Source: Chthoniobacterales bacterium (lineage in GTDB: Bacteria > Verrucomicrobiota > Verrucomicrobiia > Chthoniobacterales > UBA6821). From it: DNA of 64,000 bases. Position 1 is the first letter of the stretch; every line of letters starts with the position of its first letter. Below are positions 45,181 through 54,757 of the stretch, in pieces. The notes beneath the pieces are model-generated. The model saw only the letters and a list, made by a program, of their open reading frames with translations, had not been told where the DNA came from and did not search any database. The stretch covers positions 1,207 through 65,206 of the forward strand of contig JAIEQF010000021.1 of the NCBI GenBank assembly GCA_019747895.1, given 5' to 3'. The translations under genes and the position numbers were made by a program.

Positions 45181-47127
45181 ATGGATCACCTAATTACTGG
45201 ATTGAGTGCTTTAGGCGATTTTTTTTCTAGTACGATGCTAGGAGGATCTTCGGGTCCTTCTAAAAAACCGGTTGCTGCTAGCGCCGCTACTAGCAGGTCT
45301 GCCAGCCCCATAACCACTACAGACTCGACATCCGTAATCACTGACGATGGCCATTCGATCGCCTCAGTCGACCCTTCTGCAGGTCCCGAGGCCAAAATAA
45401 CATTTGATATTAGAGCTCGTAGTGTTGCTGCAAAGGCTGCACATGAACAAGCTCAGGTAGAACAAAAAAATAGTTGTGGTGAATTAGCAAAGGCAGACAA
45501 AGCTTTTGAAGCAACCCCTGTCTACCGGTTCAATACACGAGCTACTCTCCATAAGGCATCTCTTAAAGCACAGATTAAATTTAATTTGTCTAAAGCTGAT
45601 ACTCATTTCGAACAGCTGCACGTTGATTATTTAGATGCTTTGAGCAAGAGTTCTCTTTCTCCGAAAGAACAGCATGAAAAATATAGTCTGTTTAAAAAAG
45701 CTTTAGACCATGCTCATCTGAAGTGTCTCGTTGCAGCAAGTGATGAAGAAGCTTCTGTAGGATGCTCGGCTTCAATAATAAAAGCTTTTGCTGCAAAAGA
45801 TGCTGCGTCTAAAAGCGCTGCCACTGCTGCTGAACAAGAAGTCCAAAAGCTCCTCAACGACATTCAAAAACCTCATACAGAACTAAGAAGTAATATTGCT
45901 GCAAACTTACATTACCGACACGTGCAATTGAGTAATCCTGCAAAAACGGAAGATGAAAAAGCAAGGCTAAAATCCGATATGACCGCTATCAGGTCATTCC
46001 AAGCTACCGGAGGATTATCTTCGCTAAAAGCGGATGAGGCAGACAATCTCAATAATTTATTCAAGGCCGCATCCTCAAAACATGCTATATTAACCAAGCT
46101 TAACGAAACTCTTAAAGAGACACCCAGCACCCCTTCTTCTATCGCAAAAATTGAAGATGATATTGCAAAAGCCAAACTGGCATTTGAAGCGGCAGACAAG
46201 GTCGTGATGAAAGAGATCTTCCGTCTAAGAAACCGCCACGCATTGAAAAATAATTTAATTTCCAACATAGCTTATAGAGATCGCCAATTAAGTGCATTGC
46301 CAACGGGAGAAGATACTAGAGAGAAGCGTCTTGACCTCTTAATGCCGAAAAACCTTATTTTGGATTTTCTTGATTCTGACAAGCTAAGCTCCTTAACTCC
46401 AGAAGAGGTAAACCAACTCAATGATTTGTTTCAGATAGCACAAGAAAAGCAGGTTCTTTTGGAAAACTTACGTAGCCATGTTGACAACGCTCCTAAAGGC
46501 TATACATCAAAAATTACAGCAGATGACCTGACACAAGCCAACGCAGCCTTTCAAGAAGCAGATGATGCCATCATAGCTAAAATCAGCGAACTTCTTTTTT
46601 CTGCGCCACCTAACCCATCTGCACTGCAACCACCAATACCAGGAAAAGACAAATCTTTAACGTCACCTACAAGTGCCGCAGCAACTCCTCTTCCGGACGA
46701 TGAAAGTGTCGACCTGCCTGCTCCCAAGGCTGCTCCAACCTCTTCTTCCGCAGTAAGTGCTGCTGGTGGTTTATCTGCACCACCCTCTAAGGCAGATATC
46801 GATGCATTGAAAGCTTTTGCAGGAAAGATGAAAGAAACAATAGAAGCGAAAAAAGAGAAGATAATAAGTGATAGCGGTGCAACTGGATATATAACTGATC
46901 TAAAGAACCAATTAGAAAGCCTCACAAAACTTCTAACCCTGCTTGATAAGCCTAATCCTCCAGCTGAAAAAATAAACCCTTTAGTTGCACGGGTGAAAGA
47001 GATTGAACGGACGAATAAAGAACGTCCCACCGTATCAGACGAGGACCGAGAAGATCTTAAAGCGGAAATAACCGCTCTTGAAAACCAATTCATGTCAGAA
47101 CTTGAGAAAATTTCTTCCACCATTTAA
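45181..47127 (+). CDS. hypothetical coiled-coil protein with an internal ~115-aa repeat (effector candidate)
   Basis: 648-aa ORF with a good SD (AGAGGGGG) upstream and no signal peptide. Ala/Lys/Glu-rich helical sequence. Two related units (IAANLHYRHVQLSNPAKTEDEKARL...AFEAADKVVMKEIFRL vs ISNIAYRDRQLSALPTGEDTREKRL...AFQEADDAIIAKISEL). Confidence 0.5.
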   Translation: MDHLITGLSALGDFFSSTMLGGSSGPSKKPVAASAATSRSASPITTTDSTSVITDDGHSIASVDPSAGPEAKITFDIRARSVAAKAAHEQAQVEQKNSCGELAKADKAFEATPVYRFNTRATLHKASLKAQIKFNLSKADTHFEQLHVDYLDALSKSSLSPKEQHEKYSLFKKALDHAHLKCLVAASDEEASVGCSASIIKAFAAKDAASKSAATAAEQEVQKLLNDIQKPHTELRSNIAANLHYRHVQLSNPAKTEDEKARLKSDMTAIRSFQATGGLSSLKADEADNLNNLFKAASSKHAILTKLNETLKETPSTPSSIAKIEDDIAKAKLAFEAADKVVMKEIFRLRNRHALKNNLISNIAYRDRQLSALPTGEDTREKRLDLLMPKNLILDFLDSDKLSSLTPEEVNQLNDLFQIAQEKQVLLENLRSHVDNAPKGYTSKITADDLTQANAAFQEADDAIIAKISELLFSAPPNPSALQPPIPGKDKSLTSPTSAAATPLPDDESVDLPAPKAAPTSSSAVSAAGGLSAPPSKADIDALKAFAGKMKETIEAKKEKIISDSGATGYITDLKNQLESLTKLLTLLDKPNPPAEKINPLVARVKEIERTNKERPTVSDEDREDLKAEITALENQFMSELEKISSTI

Positions 47128-47245
47128 GTCTTCCGCTTGGTCCGGATGTGCGCCACTCCGTTGAAATTGTAAAATGATACTAAAAATTTTTCTGTTGCAT
47201 TTCTAAAATAATATTTTAACTTCGAGGAAGTTATATCAACTTCCT

Positions 47246-50242
47246 ATGAAAACAAAAAACCATTTTGCTTGGAATATATTATTAATCAGTCTTGGATGTT
47301 TTCTGTTTACTATGCATTCTAGCAGCGGAATGTTTGGGGAAGAATTTGACCAAGCAAAAGCGGATGAAGCTGCCAGGCTGAAAGCGCAGCAGCAAGCTGA
47401 GCAACAACACAGACAAAGGGAGCTGACTTCTCCTGATAATCAAAGTAGCGATCTACAAGTCGATGGAGCGAGCATTGCTACTCGTGGAGATTTAAGTAAC
47501 GACGGACCAAGCGAACAACCTTCTGAAGAAATGGCGGAGAATGAGTCTATTCGCATCATAATGCGACCTTATTTCCCGTTGCTCTCTCAAGAGGAGGAAA
47601 ATTACCTTATTGGTAATATTAGTTATGAATTTTTTCGATCTAAGCTTGATTATGAAGAGGACAACCGCATTTTTACCCCAGATGCTAAAATTTTTTCTAT
47701 AACTTCCAAACTTGCCAGAAAAGCAGGCCTTCCTCGACCAGCAACCGTTGCTGATGCTGTCGCTGCTTATAAAGCAAGAGTATCTTCACTAACTGAGGCT
47801 GAGCTGGCTGATTTTCCTTTATTGGCAACGCGTTTAAAATCAGGAGGTGAATTGATCCTTGTTAGAACTCAACAACCAGCAGCAACTCATCTCGTTGCCT
47901 CCCTCCCTCAAGAACAACCGCGCCAACCCCAACCATCCGTCAAAGCCGCTGCCGTCTTACTTCCAGCGCCCGTTAAAGCTACTCCCGTTCTTCCACAACA
48001 ACCTCCACAAGAATCTGCCTTTGAAAGACAAAAAAAAGAAACCCTGCGTAACCTTCGCTGTCAAATAGATGCAGCACAACGTGAGCTTCCTACTCATGAA
48101 GCAACAATGAGTCGGCTTCAACCTTTACAGCAAGAACTGGAGCACCAGAAGCAAAACAGTCGTGCTGCACAGCAAAAGGTTGATGATTTTAAAGCCCGCT
48201 TTCCAGTCGCTTCTCGTATTCCAGGAACAGATGAATATTACCAACTTCAAGCCTTAAGAGCCAAGCGTGATGCTGCTGCTTCAGCAACAACTCAGTCCGT
48301 TAATGAAACATTTGTTGCTATAGTCGCTGGAGCAAAACCCATTGCGACTTTGTCCTCTCGCATCCAATCATTAGAGGCAGAACATACACGCGTTGCTGCC
48401 AGCGAGGATCCTATTATTGTTGAAAAACGACGGCAAGAAGCCGCAGCAGCTAGAGCCGCAGCTCTTGAACGACAACGACAACGAGAAATTACAGAACTCG
48501 CTCAACGAAAAGCAGCGGAAGCACAGCTCGCAGCAGAGAGAGCAAAGACCCTTGCTCTGCAACGCCAACAACAAGAAGAATCAGCAGCTAGAGCAAGGGT
48601 TCTTGCTCAGCAACAAACATCCGTTAAAGCCCCCGCCGTCTCACTTCCAGCGCCAGTTAAAGCTACTCCCGCTCTTCCACCACAACCTCCACAAGAATCT
48701 CCCTTCGAAAGACAAAAAAAAGAAACCCTTCGCAACCTTCGGGAGCAAATAGCTGCTGCACAACGGGAGCTTACTTCTCATCAAGCAACTCAAGATCGCC
48801 TTCAGAAAGAGAAGGAAGGACACGACGGTAGAGTAAGCGAAACGAAATCAGATCTTGAGGATTTTAATAACAGGAATCCTCTTTCTTCCATTGGCTTTAG
48901 CTTTGGATTTACAGAACATTCTAGAAATCTTCTCGCTCAAAAAGATCGTTTGGAAACAGCTCATAATAATGCCATCCGAGCTAAAAATCAATTTATTCGT
49001 CAGAACATGTCTACTTTGGAAGCTGCAAAAAACTCCATCGCCACGTTGACCACACGGATTCGTTCCTTAGAGCAAGATCACACACGCGTTGCTGCCAGCG
49101 AGGATCCTATTATTGTTGAGCAACGACGACAAGAAGAAGCAGCAGCTAGAGCGATACGTCTTGAACAACAACGACAACAACAAGCCGCAGAAGGTAAAAT
49201 CGCAGGACTTGCTCAACGAAAAGCAATCGAAGCACAGCTCGCAGCAGAGAGAGCAAAGGCCCTGGCTCAGCAACGCCTGGGTGTGGGCAGCCGTGAAAGT
49301 TCGGCCTCCTCTTCTCTTCCATCCACCCAACCAGGAGGCAAAGGAGACTCTTCTCCGGAACAACTGCTAGCCAAGAGCCTTGGAAGCCATTCCGACGGCT
49401 CAACCAGCGGAGAGGAAAGCAACCACTCCACTCCAGAAAAAATAAAGACCCCTCTCATGACCGAGATCGAGCAGCTGGAAGAGCAGGTTAGCAAAATTCA
49501 TGCAGCCGTGGTCAATGCTAGAGATGCTATTAAAATTATAAACAAGGAACTTTGGCAGCATTGGGATCGTTACTTCGAGCTAGCTGAAGAGCGGAGCGAG
49601 CTGAAACAACGTCTAGCAATTTTGAAAGGAAATACTCCTGAACCAGCTTTTAAAGCAAGCGACAAGAAACCTCTACTTACTCGGTATAGTGATGCTCTTT
49701 TTGAGAAAAATCGTTTTTTTGAAAATTTAAACCGGTTAGGTACTGACATTAAAAATCTTTATAAACGCCATAGTATCCACTCCATGGTTGACTATTATAG
49801 GAATACTGAAGTTCAAAAACTAGAACAACCATTGATTCAACGCGTTCAGAAAGATCGTCAATGGGCTGCTATGCAATTCTTGCAAGCTGAATTAGCATTA
49901 CTTGCCGTTGAAGAACATCCTCCCATTCTTCAACAAATAGAAGAATGCGTCTGGCAAAACATGCCATTTTCAGAGAAAGATAGAGACGAAGCTGTACGCG
50001 CAGCATATGGCAGTCATCTCACTCACCTTACAGAATGTAGTATAGCTCTCGAATACTCTGGCGGTTACTCGGGTTCCTCTGCCGGCGGCTCTTCTAGCTC
50101 CTGGAATCCAGCTGCTAATGCTAATCAGATACTCAACTATCGAGGACAACAGCAAGCAGCTCAACAGCAGCAGGTGTTGAATCAACAGAATGCTAATTAC
50201 ATTTATAATTTGAATCGTCCTGCTTATTTTATGCCAAAGTAA
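47246..50242 (+). CDS. hypothetical large secreted/membrane-anchored coiled-coil protein with ~225-aa tandem duplication and Q/N-rich C-terminus
   Basis: 998-aa ORF. N-terminal hydrophobic segment (WNILLISLGCFLFTMHSSSG). Duplicated blocks SVKA.AV.LPAPVKATP.LP.QPPQES.FERQKKETLRNLR and HTRVAASEDPIIVE.RRQE..AAR. No recognisable catalytic domain. Confidence 0.5.
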   Translation: MKTKNHFAWNILLISLGCFLFTMHSSSGMFGEEFDQAKADEAARLKAQQQAEQQHRQRELTSPDNQSSDLQVDGASIATRGDLSNDGPSEQPSEEMAENESIRIIMRPYFPLLSQEEENYLIGNISYEFFRSKLDYEEDNRIFTPDAKIFSITSKLARKAGLPRPATVADAVAAYKARVSSLTEAELADFPLLATRLKSGGELILVRTQQPAATHLVASLPQEQPRQPQPSVKAAAVLLPAPVKATPVLPQQPPQESAFERQKKETLRNLRCQIDAAQRELPTHEATMSRLQPLQQELEHQKQNSRAAQQKVDDFKARFPVASRIPGTDEYYQLQALRAKRDAAASATTQSVNETFVAIVAGAKPIATLSSRIQSLEAEHTRVAASEDPIIVEKRRQEAAAARAAALERQRQREITELAQRKAAEAQLAAERAKTLALQRQQQEESAARARVLAQQQTSVKAPAVSLPAPVKATPALPPQPPQESPFERQKKETLRNLREQIAAAQRELTSHQATQDRLQKEKEGHDGRVSETKSDLEDFNNRNPLSSIGFSFGFTEHSRNLLAQKDRLETAHNNAIRAKNQFIRQNMSTLEAAKNSIATLTTRIRSLEQDHTRVAASEDPIIVEQRRQEEAAARAIRLEQQRQQQAAEGKIAGLAQRKAIEAQLAAERAKALAQQRLGVGSRESSASSSLPSTQPGGKGDSSPEQLLAKSLGSHSDGSTSGEESNHSTPEKIKTPLMTEIEQLEEQVSKIHAAVVNARDAIKIINKELWQHWDRYFELAEERSELKQRLAILKGNTPEPAFKASDKKPLLTRYSDALFEKNRFFENLNRLGTDIKNLYKRHSIHSMVDYYRNTEVQKLEQPLIQRVQKDRQWAAMQFLQAELALLAVEEHPPILQQIEECVWQNMPFSEKDRDEAVRAAYGSHLTHLTECSIALEYSGGYSGSSAGGSSSSWNPAANANQILNYRGQQQAAQQQQVLNQQNANYIYNLNRPAYFMPK
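47935..49275 (+). repeat. intragenic tandem duplication (~680 bp x2) inside 47246-50242
   Basis: The DNA blocks at about 47935-48105 and about 48615-48785 are clearly similar, as are about 48355-48570 and about 49045-49275 (for example cacgcgttgctgccagcgaggatcctattattgttga in both). Confidence 0.8.
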
Positions 50243-50249
50243 TTGTTGT

Positions 50250-50453
50250 TCACAACTGTTGCGCATAGTAAGGATCATAATCCAACGCCTTGGCTCTGTT
50301 TCTCTTTATTTCACGAGTAATGCTTGATGGCGAGCGAGCCAAAGCTGCCGCGATTTGCTGGATCGTTTTCCCTTTTTCTCGAAGAAGGGAAATTTTACAC
50401 CGCTCCTCCAGCGAGAGCTGTTCATAGTTTGTTCCCATAGCAACACCGAGCAT
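50250..50453 (-). pseudogene. IS30-family transposase, N-terminal HTH fragment only
   Basis: 67-aa ORF. LSLEERCKISLLREKGKTIQQIAAALARSPSSITREIKRN is the IS30 transposase N-terminal HTH region. A full protein would be more than 300 aa. The ORF ends 8 nt from the stop of 47246-50242. Confidence 0.75.
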
Positions 50454-50461
50454 CGTTGGTA

Positions 50462-50482
50462 TTGCACTCGTTTGTGAATTTA
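50462..50482. repeat. 21/22-nt IS-end-like sequence, copy 1 (adjacent to IS30 fragment)
   Basis: ttgcactcgtttgtgaattta lies 9 nt upstream of the IS30-fragment ATG on the minus strand. It recurs at 53285-53306 with one extra t. Confidence 0.55.
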
Positions 50483-50678
50483 GAGCATGACGTCGGGGTG
50501 TAGCGATTGTTCACTCAAAAATGAACACACCTTTTTGACCAGTGAGCCGAACGCATACAAAAAATTTATTTCCACACGCTTCACTCTTTCCCCTTTAAAA
50601 GCGTTCTGCTGAACCGATACAAGACGACTCTTCTATCTCTCGTCTCCTATCTTCCTATCCGTTCATGTAAATGAATAC

Positions 50679-52565
50679 CTACACCCTTGTAGAACTAACC
50701 ATGGTCGACATGTCTTGAGCAACGGCAGCTAAATTTGAACGAATCTGTTGTGCTACTGACTCGGTATTGCTGATTCCTGATGACATTGATTGTACTGTCG
50801 AGCCTTCTACCTGAGCTGCAGCTGAATCTTTGGTTCCTTTAGCTTGGTAAAGTTCATTTTCCATGTTTCCAACCCCATTCATTGTTTGTGCTAGGGCCGT
50901 GCCAACACCTGCATAAATCTGTGACTGTTGAAGTTTATTTTGATAAGCTTGATGCCAAGCTGAGGAGTTTTTATTGGTTTTAAGATTGGCAACATTGGTT
51001 TTAAAAGTTGCAGCTGGTTTAGTTAGCATTTTTGCTTGTGTTGCTGTGTCGCCACTATCAACAGCTTTCTTATATTGTTCGTTTTGATCGTCACTCCAAC
51101 TACTCTTAATAGCCTTTTCAGCATCTTCATCAGAAACCTTACTGCCAGGCTTGATTCCTAGTTTAGAAAGCTGAGCCATAGAGGTGCCACTAGCCTCCCG
51201 ATCAGACTGGATGGTTTTTGCTTGAGCATTGTAGGCAGCAGCAGCTTCTTGAGGATTGGAAACATCTGTTCCGTCCGGATTTTTTAAGAAATTTCCAGCT
51301 TCATCTTTAGGTCGAGTCCATCCAGTAGGAACAGGATCCCCTGTTTTATACCCTGCCTCAGCACTTTTCAATGCTGCTGAATTAGCATCCATTTGTGCGG
51401 TAATGGAATCTCTTTGCTCTTCAGTAATATTCCCCTTTTCGCATTGCAGTTCAGCTGAAGTCCTCGTCTCAGAAATAGAGACTTTTGCTTTGGCTATAGT
51501 AGCTGGATCTTTTGTCGATAGAGCATCATCGGTAATCCTAGAACTCTGCTTCGCAGATGAGTTTAAGGCTGTCTCCTGCTCACTCATTGACGCAGTCTCT
51601 GCATCATCTCCCTCTGCAGAAGCTGCTCCAACGGCACTCGCTGAATAAGCTGCAGTCGCCATGCTTACAGAGAGACCAACAGTAGCCATGCTCATCATCA
51701 TATAGGCTCCCTTGGTCATAGCGGCGGCTTGAGCCATGGTATCACTCGCCTGCAGGCTAATCGCATCAATCATCGAGGTTTGTTGCTGAGCCATGGTTAA
51801 ACTCTCCTGATTAGTTAATTCCCCCATTTCAGCCATGATGGTTGATAAATTGCACCCATCATCAGGAGGTGGAGTGGTCTCTGTGCTACCAGTGCTACCA
51901 GTACTGCCGCCGCTACCACTACCATCCTTAGCAGGAGGGGCGTCGCCGCCTGACATTGTTGTCGATGTATTGGTTATGACAGCTCCACTAGAACTCACTG
52001 TCTCGGATGTCACTGTTGTGATGGTTTCCCCCGTTGGGCTTTCTGCCCTAGAGACACTGCTCCCGGCAGTAGGTTCAGAGCTCCCTGCGCCCCCTTTTCC
52101 TTTGCCTTCAGCTTTCCCTCCTTTTTTTGCTCCGTCAGCACCTCCGTCGCCTTTTATTTTTCCTTCTACAGAACCTGAACCTGCCAGCCCACTCACATCC
52201 GAAGCAAAAGTATTCGTTATGCTGCTAATATTGTCCAGATCATCAGCAACATTTCCTAGGGAGGCTACCATCGATTGAGGATCTATGCTCGCAGGAGCTG
52301 CCCCTAAAACACTTGCCGCATCCATTCCCATTTCAGAAAGACCGGATGTTGACATGGCTCCTTGCACTTGTGGATCAACAATGAGGGAATTAACTCCTAC
52401 TGCATCCGATGCCCCCTTAGAGGCACTAACACCCGAGATTGATCCCATGGTCTTATCTGCTGCTGGTGTCGGCGTCCCAGTCGTTCCTGGTTGTGCCATG
52501 CTACCTCCTGTTTGATCAGGTGGTGGAAGAGTGGGAATGCCAGAAGTAAGATTAAAGTTGTCCAT
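50679..52565 (-). CDS. type III secretion translocator-like protein (YopB/IpaB/CopB-class candidate)
   Basis: 628-aa ORF directly downstream of a class-II T3S chaperone gene. G/S/T-rich N-terminal third, central long hydrophobic stretch (AAAMTKGAYMMMSMATVGLSVSMATAAYSASAVGAASA), and a second weaker hydrophobic segment near the C-terminus. The call rests on context and architecture, not on recognised sequence identity. Confidence 0.4.
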   Translation of the reverse strand: MDNFNLTSGIPTLPPPDQTGGSMAQPGTTGTPTPAADKTMGSISGVSASKGASDAVGVNSLIVDPQVQGAMSTSGLSEMGMDAASVLGAAPASIDPQSMVASLGNVADDLDNISSITNTFASDVSGLAGSGSVEGKIKGDGGADGAKKGGKAEGKGKGGAGSSEPTAGSSVSRAESPTGETITTVTSETVSSSGAVITNTSTTMSGGDAPPAKDGSGSGGSTGSTGSTETTPPPDDGCNLSTIMAEMGELTNQESLTMAQQQTSMIDAISLQASDTMAQAAAMTKGAYMMMSMATVGLSVSMATAAYSASAVGAASAEGDDAETASMSEQETALNSSAKQSSRITDDALSTKDPATIAKAKVSISETRTSAELQCEKGNITEEQRDSITAQMDANSAALKSAEAGYKTGDPVPTGWTRPKDEAGNFLKNPDGTDVSNPQEAAAAYNAQAKTIQSDREASGTSMAQLSKLGIKPGSKVSDEDAEKAIKSSWSDDQNEQYKKAVDSGDTATQAKMLTKPAATFKTNVANLKTNKNSSAWHQAYQNKLQQSQIYAGVGTALAQTMNGVGNMENELYQAKGTKDSAAAQVEGSTVQSMSSGISNTESVAQQIRSNLAAVAQDMSTMVSSTRV

Positions 52566-52628
52566 AACGGTAATAGTGTGCTGTTGTAGTTTTGTTAATG
52601 ATTAAAATTAGGTTGGCAGTTGCGAAAT

Positions 52629-53210
52629 TTACCAATTGCTCTGCTGCTGTTTTTTCTCTTCGTAGCAAAAAAAATCTGGTTTTTGAGCGCTTGAAGAATC
52701 TGCGGCGACGAGCTGCGCAAGAGGATCCTCTGTTTCAAGATGTTTTAATGCTTCTGCTATTTTATGAAGCGCAATATAGCAATCACGAGTATAAAAAATC
52801 GGCGGCCGATTTTCAGAATCTAAACGCACTGTGAGATGATGGCAAAGGATGGCTTCGTTGGAAAAGTGCAGTTGATCCAAGGAAGAAGCTAGACCTTTCC
52901 ATGCACGCAAATCAAAGCAGTTGTAAAACGCAAAGGTCTCAAAAAAAATGACCGCGTCTTTGTATTTTTCGCGAGCAAAGCAATCATACGCCTTAGCATA
53001 AAGCGCCTCCATGTCTGGCTCTCCTAGTCCTTGCACTTCGTAAAACGGTTTTTTGTTTGTCTTCACAGCTTCACTAATAGCCCTGACTAGCGCCGGCTTT
53101 TCTCTCAGCATCTGCTGAAGAGCCATTGCAGCTCGTTGCAGCCTAGGATAGTTGCAAAAAGCACTCTCAGTATGTTCGGTTTTTTGAAGCATCATTAAGA
53201 TGGTTGGCAT
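52629..53210 (-). CDS. type III secretion class-II (translocator) chaperone, SycD/LcrH/CesD-like TPR protein
   Basis: The track ORF starts at TTG 53234; ATG 53210 (MPTILMM...) is more likely. ALYAKAYDCFAREKYKDAVIFFETFAFYNCFDLRAWKGLASSLDQLHFSNEAILCH follows the three-TPR pattern of SycD/LcrH (YxxAxxxYxxGxYxxAxxxFxxLxxxDxxxxxxxxGLGxC). Confidence 0.6.
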   Translation of the reverse strand: MPTILMMLQKTEHTESAFCNYPRLQRAAMALQQMLREKPALVRAISEAVKTNKKPFYEVQGLGEPDMEALYAKAYDCFAREKYKDAVIFFETFAFYNCFDLRAWKGLASSLDQLHFSNEAILCHHLTVRLDSENRPPIFYTRDCYIALHKIAEALKHLETEDPLAQLVAADSSSAQKPDFFCYEEKKQQQSNW

Positions 53211-53284
53211 CCACTCCCAATACGACTTCGACAAGAAGACTCTTATTGCGAAAAAAAATCAATAGAATTTTTTTAAATCACCTG

Positions 53285-53306
53285 TTGCACTTCGTTTGTG
53301 AATTTA
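53285..53306. repeat. 21/22-nt IS-end-like sequence, copy 2 (solo, upstream of the chaperone gene)
   Basis: ttgcacttcgtttgtgaattta. Same orientation as 50462-50482. The two copies bracket exactly the chaperone-translocator pair. Confidence 0.5.
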
Positions 53307-53708
53307 CTGCTAAAAAATGCTGTAGCCTTTTGAGAATCACAAAAAGAGCGCTCTCTACAGCCTGAAACCTGTTCCGATTGCCTCTGGCAACAGGAAAATT
53401 TGACCGATTTTTACAGAGAAAATTGCGAGGGACCTTACCTAGCAGACAAGACTATTTTGCAGACAACTCCTTGATTATCTGGATGATTCAATGGAAATTC
53501 GACGTAGCAACAACCTCATTCCATGCCATAGGAACATAGCACCCCTCTCCACAAACGAAGCTACAGGTCAAATGCGGAGGTTTTTTGTGAAAACGCCTCA
53601 AAATTTCAAGAGATTGTTTTGAGGGAAACTTAGTAACTTGTTTATAATTTGAGCGTTGCGTGATAATTTGAAAAAAGGGGTCGGAAAAGGGGCGCCGATT
53701 CAAAAAAA

Positions 53709-53847
53709 GGGGTCGGTTCCGTTATTTCGATAATTTGGTGCCATAGCATTAATTTAAAAATTATTTTTGATTTTGCTTTCGTCTTCGAGTTTTTGCTTCC
53801 ATTCAATTTGACATCCGTTGACAGGATCTAGTAGATTGTTTGGTCCT
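53709..53847 (+). promoter_or_regulatory. conserved 5' block of Rpn-like gene copy 2 (possible element end plus promoter)
   Basis: ggggtcggttccgttatttcgataatttggtgccatagcattaatttaaaaatta...attcaatttgacatccgttgacagg. Repeated at 54758-, related at 56765- and 21476-. Contains TTGACA hexamers 25-40 nt before the ATG. Confidence 0.45.
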
Positions 53848-54714
53848 ATGAAGCCAAAGAAGCTGATTCAATTTGATTGGGCGATCAAGACGCTTTTGCG
53901 AAACAAGAGTCACTTTCCGATTCTAGAAGGCTTTCTATCGGAGCTGTTGCACACCGATGTGAAAATCGAGTCGCTCTTGGAAAGTGAGTCGAATAAAAAG
54001 CATGCCCAAGACAAATCGAATCGCGTTGATGTTTTAGCTCAGCTCAAGAGCGGAGAGAAAGTCATCATTGAAGTTCAATGCGCTCATCAATGGGATTTTT
54101 TCTCACGCATGTTGTATGGTGTTTCCAAAGTAGTTGCTGAGCACCTCAAGGAAGGAGAAGAATATGGCACTATGCCACGTGTGATCTCCGTCAACATCGT
54201 TTATTTCGACTTGGGTCACGGCGAAGATTACATCTATCATGGAACGACCGATTTTAAAGGCGTTCACAAAAAAGATATCTTGCAGCTGAGCCCCAAAGAA
54301 AAAGAACATTATCCTGCGCGCATCGATCACGTTTCTAAAGTATTTCCGGAATACTATGTTTTAAAAGTCAGTGAATTTGATTTGAAAATTAAAGACACGC
54401 TCGATGAGTGGATCTATGCACTGCAACAGTCCGAGGTCCGACCTGAATTTAAGGCCCAAGGAATTCAAAAGGCCGCTGAACAATTAAGTATTCTTCAACT
54501 TTCAGAATCCGATCGTATCGCATACGAGCGTTATGTTGGCGATAACAGAGATGCAAAAAGTGTTTGGCGTACTTATTACAGCGATGGTAAGCGAGAAGGA
54601 AAAGCTGAAATGATTCACAACCTATATCGCTTGGGATTGCCTCTGGAACAAATTGCCACAGCCGCTCAACTTTTGCCGGAGCAGATCGAGGAGATTTTGA
54701 AATCAGAAATATAA
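53848..54714 (+). CDS. Rpn/YhgA-like PD-(D/E)XK nuclease family putative transposase, copy 2
   Basis: MKPKKLIQFDWAIKTLLRNKSHFPILEGFLSELLHTDVKIESL...VDVLAQLKSGEKVIIEVQ. Very similar to copy 3 throughout. Confidence 0.7.
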   Translation: MKPKKLIQFDWAIKTLLRNKSHFPILEGFLSELLHTDVKIESLLESESNKKHAQDKSNRVDVLAQLKSGEKVIIEVQCAHQWDFFSRMLYGVSKVVAEHLKEGEEYGTMPRVISVNIVYFDLGHGEDYIYHGTTDFKGVHKKDILQLSPKEKEHYPARIDHVSKVFPEYYVLKVSEFDLKIKDTLDEWIYALQQSEVRPEFKAQGIQKAAEQLSILQLSESDRIAYERYVGDNRDAKSVWRTYYSDGKREGKAEMIHNLYRLGLPLEQIATAAQLLPEQIEEILKSEI

Positions 54715-54757
54715 GTGAAATAGAGAGAGTGAAAAGGGGTCAAAAGGGGTCTAAAAA

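Noticed and set aside
49970-50242. Q/N-rich C-terminus of the 998-aa protein as a prion-like domain
   Set aside because: A composition-only impression from ~60 residues. There is no basis in the sequence alone for a functional claim.
53488-53703. 71-aa minus-strand ORF in the long gap between the chaperone gene and Rpn copy 2
   Set aside because: No recognisable motif and no obvious start context. It lies in a region of IS/Rpn-associated debris. It could be a gene fragment, but I cannot support a call.
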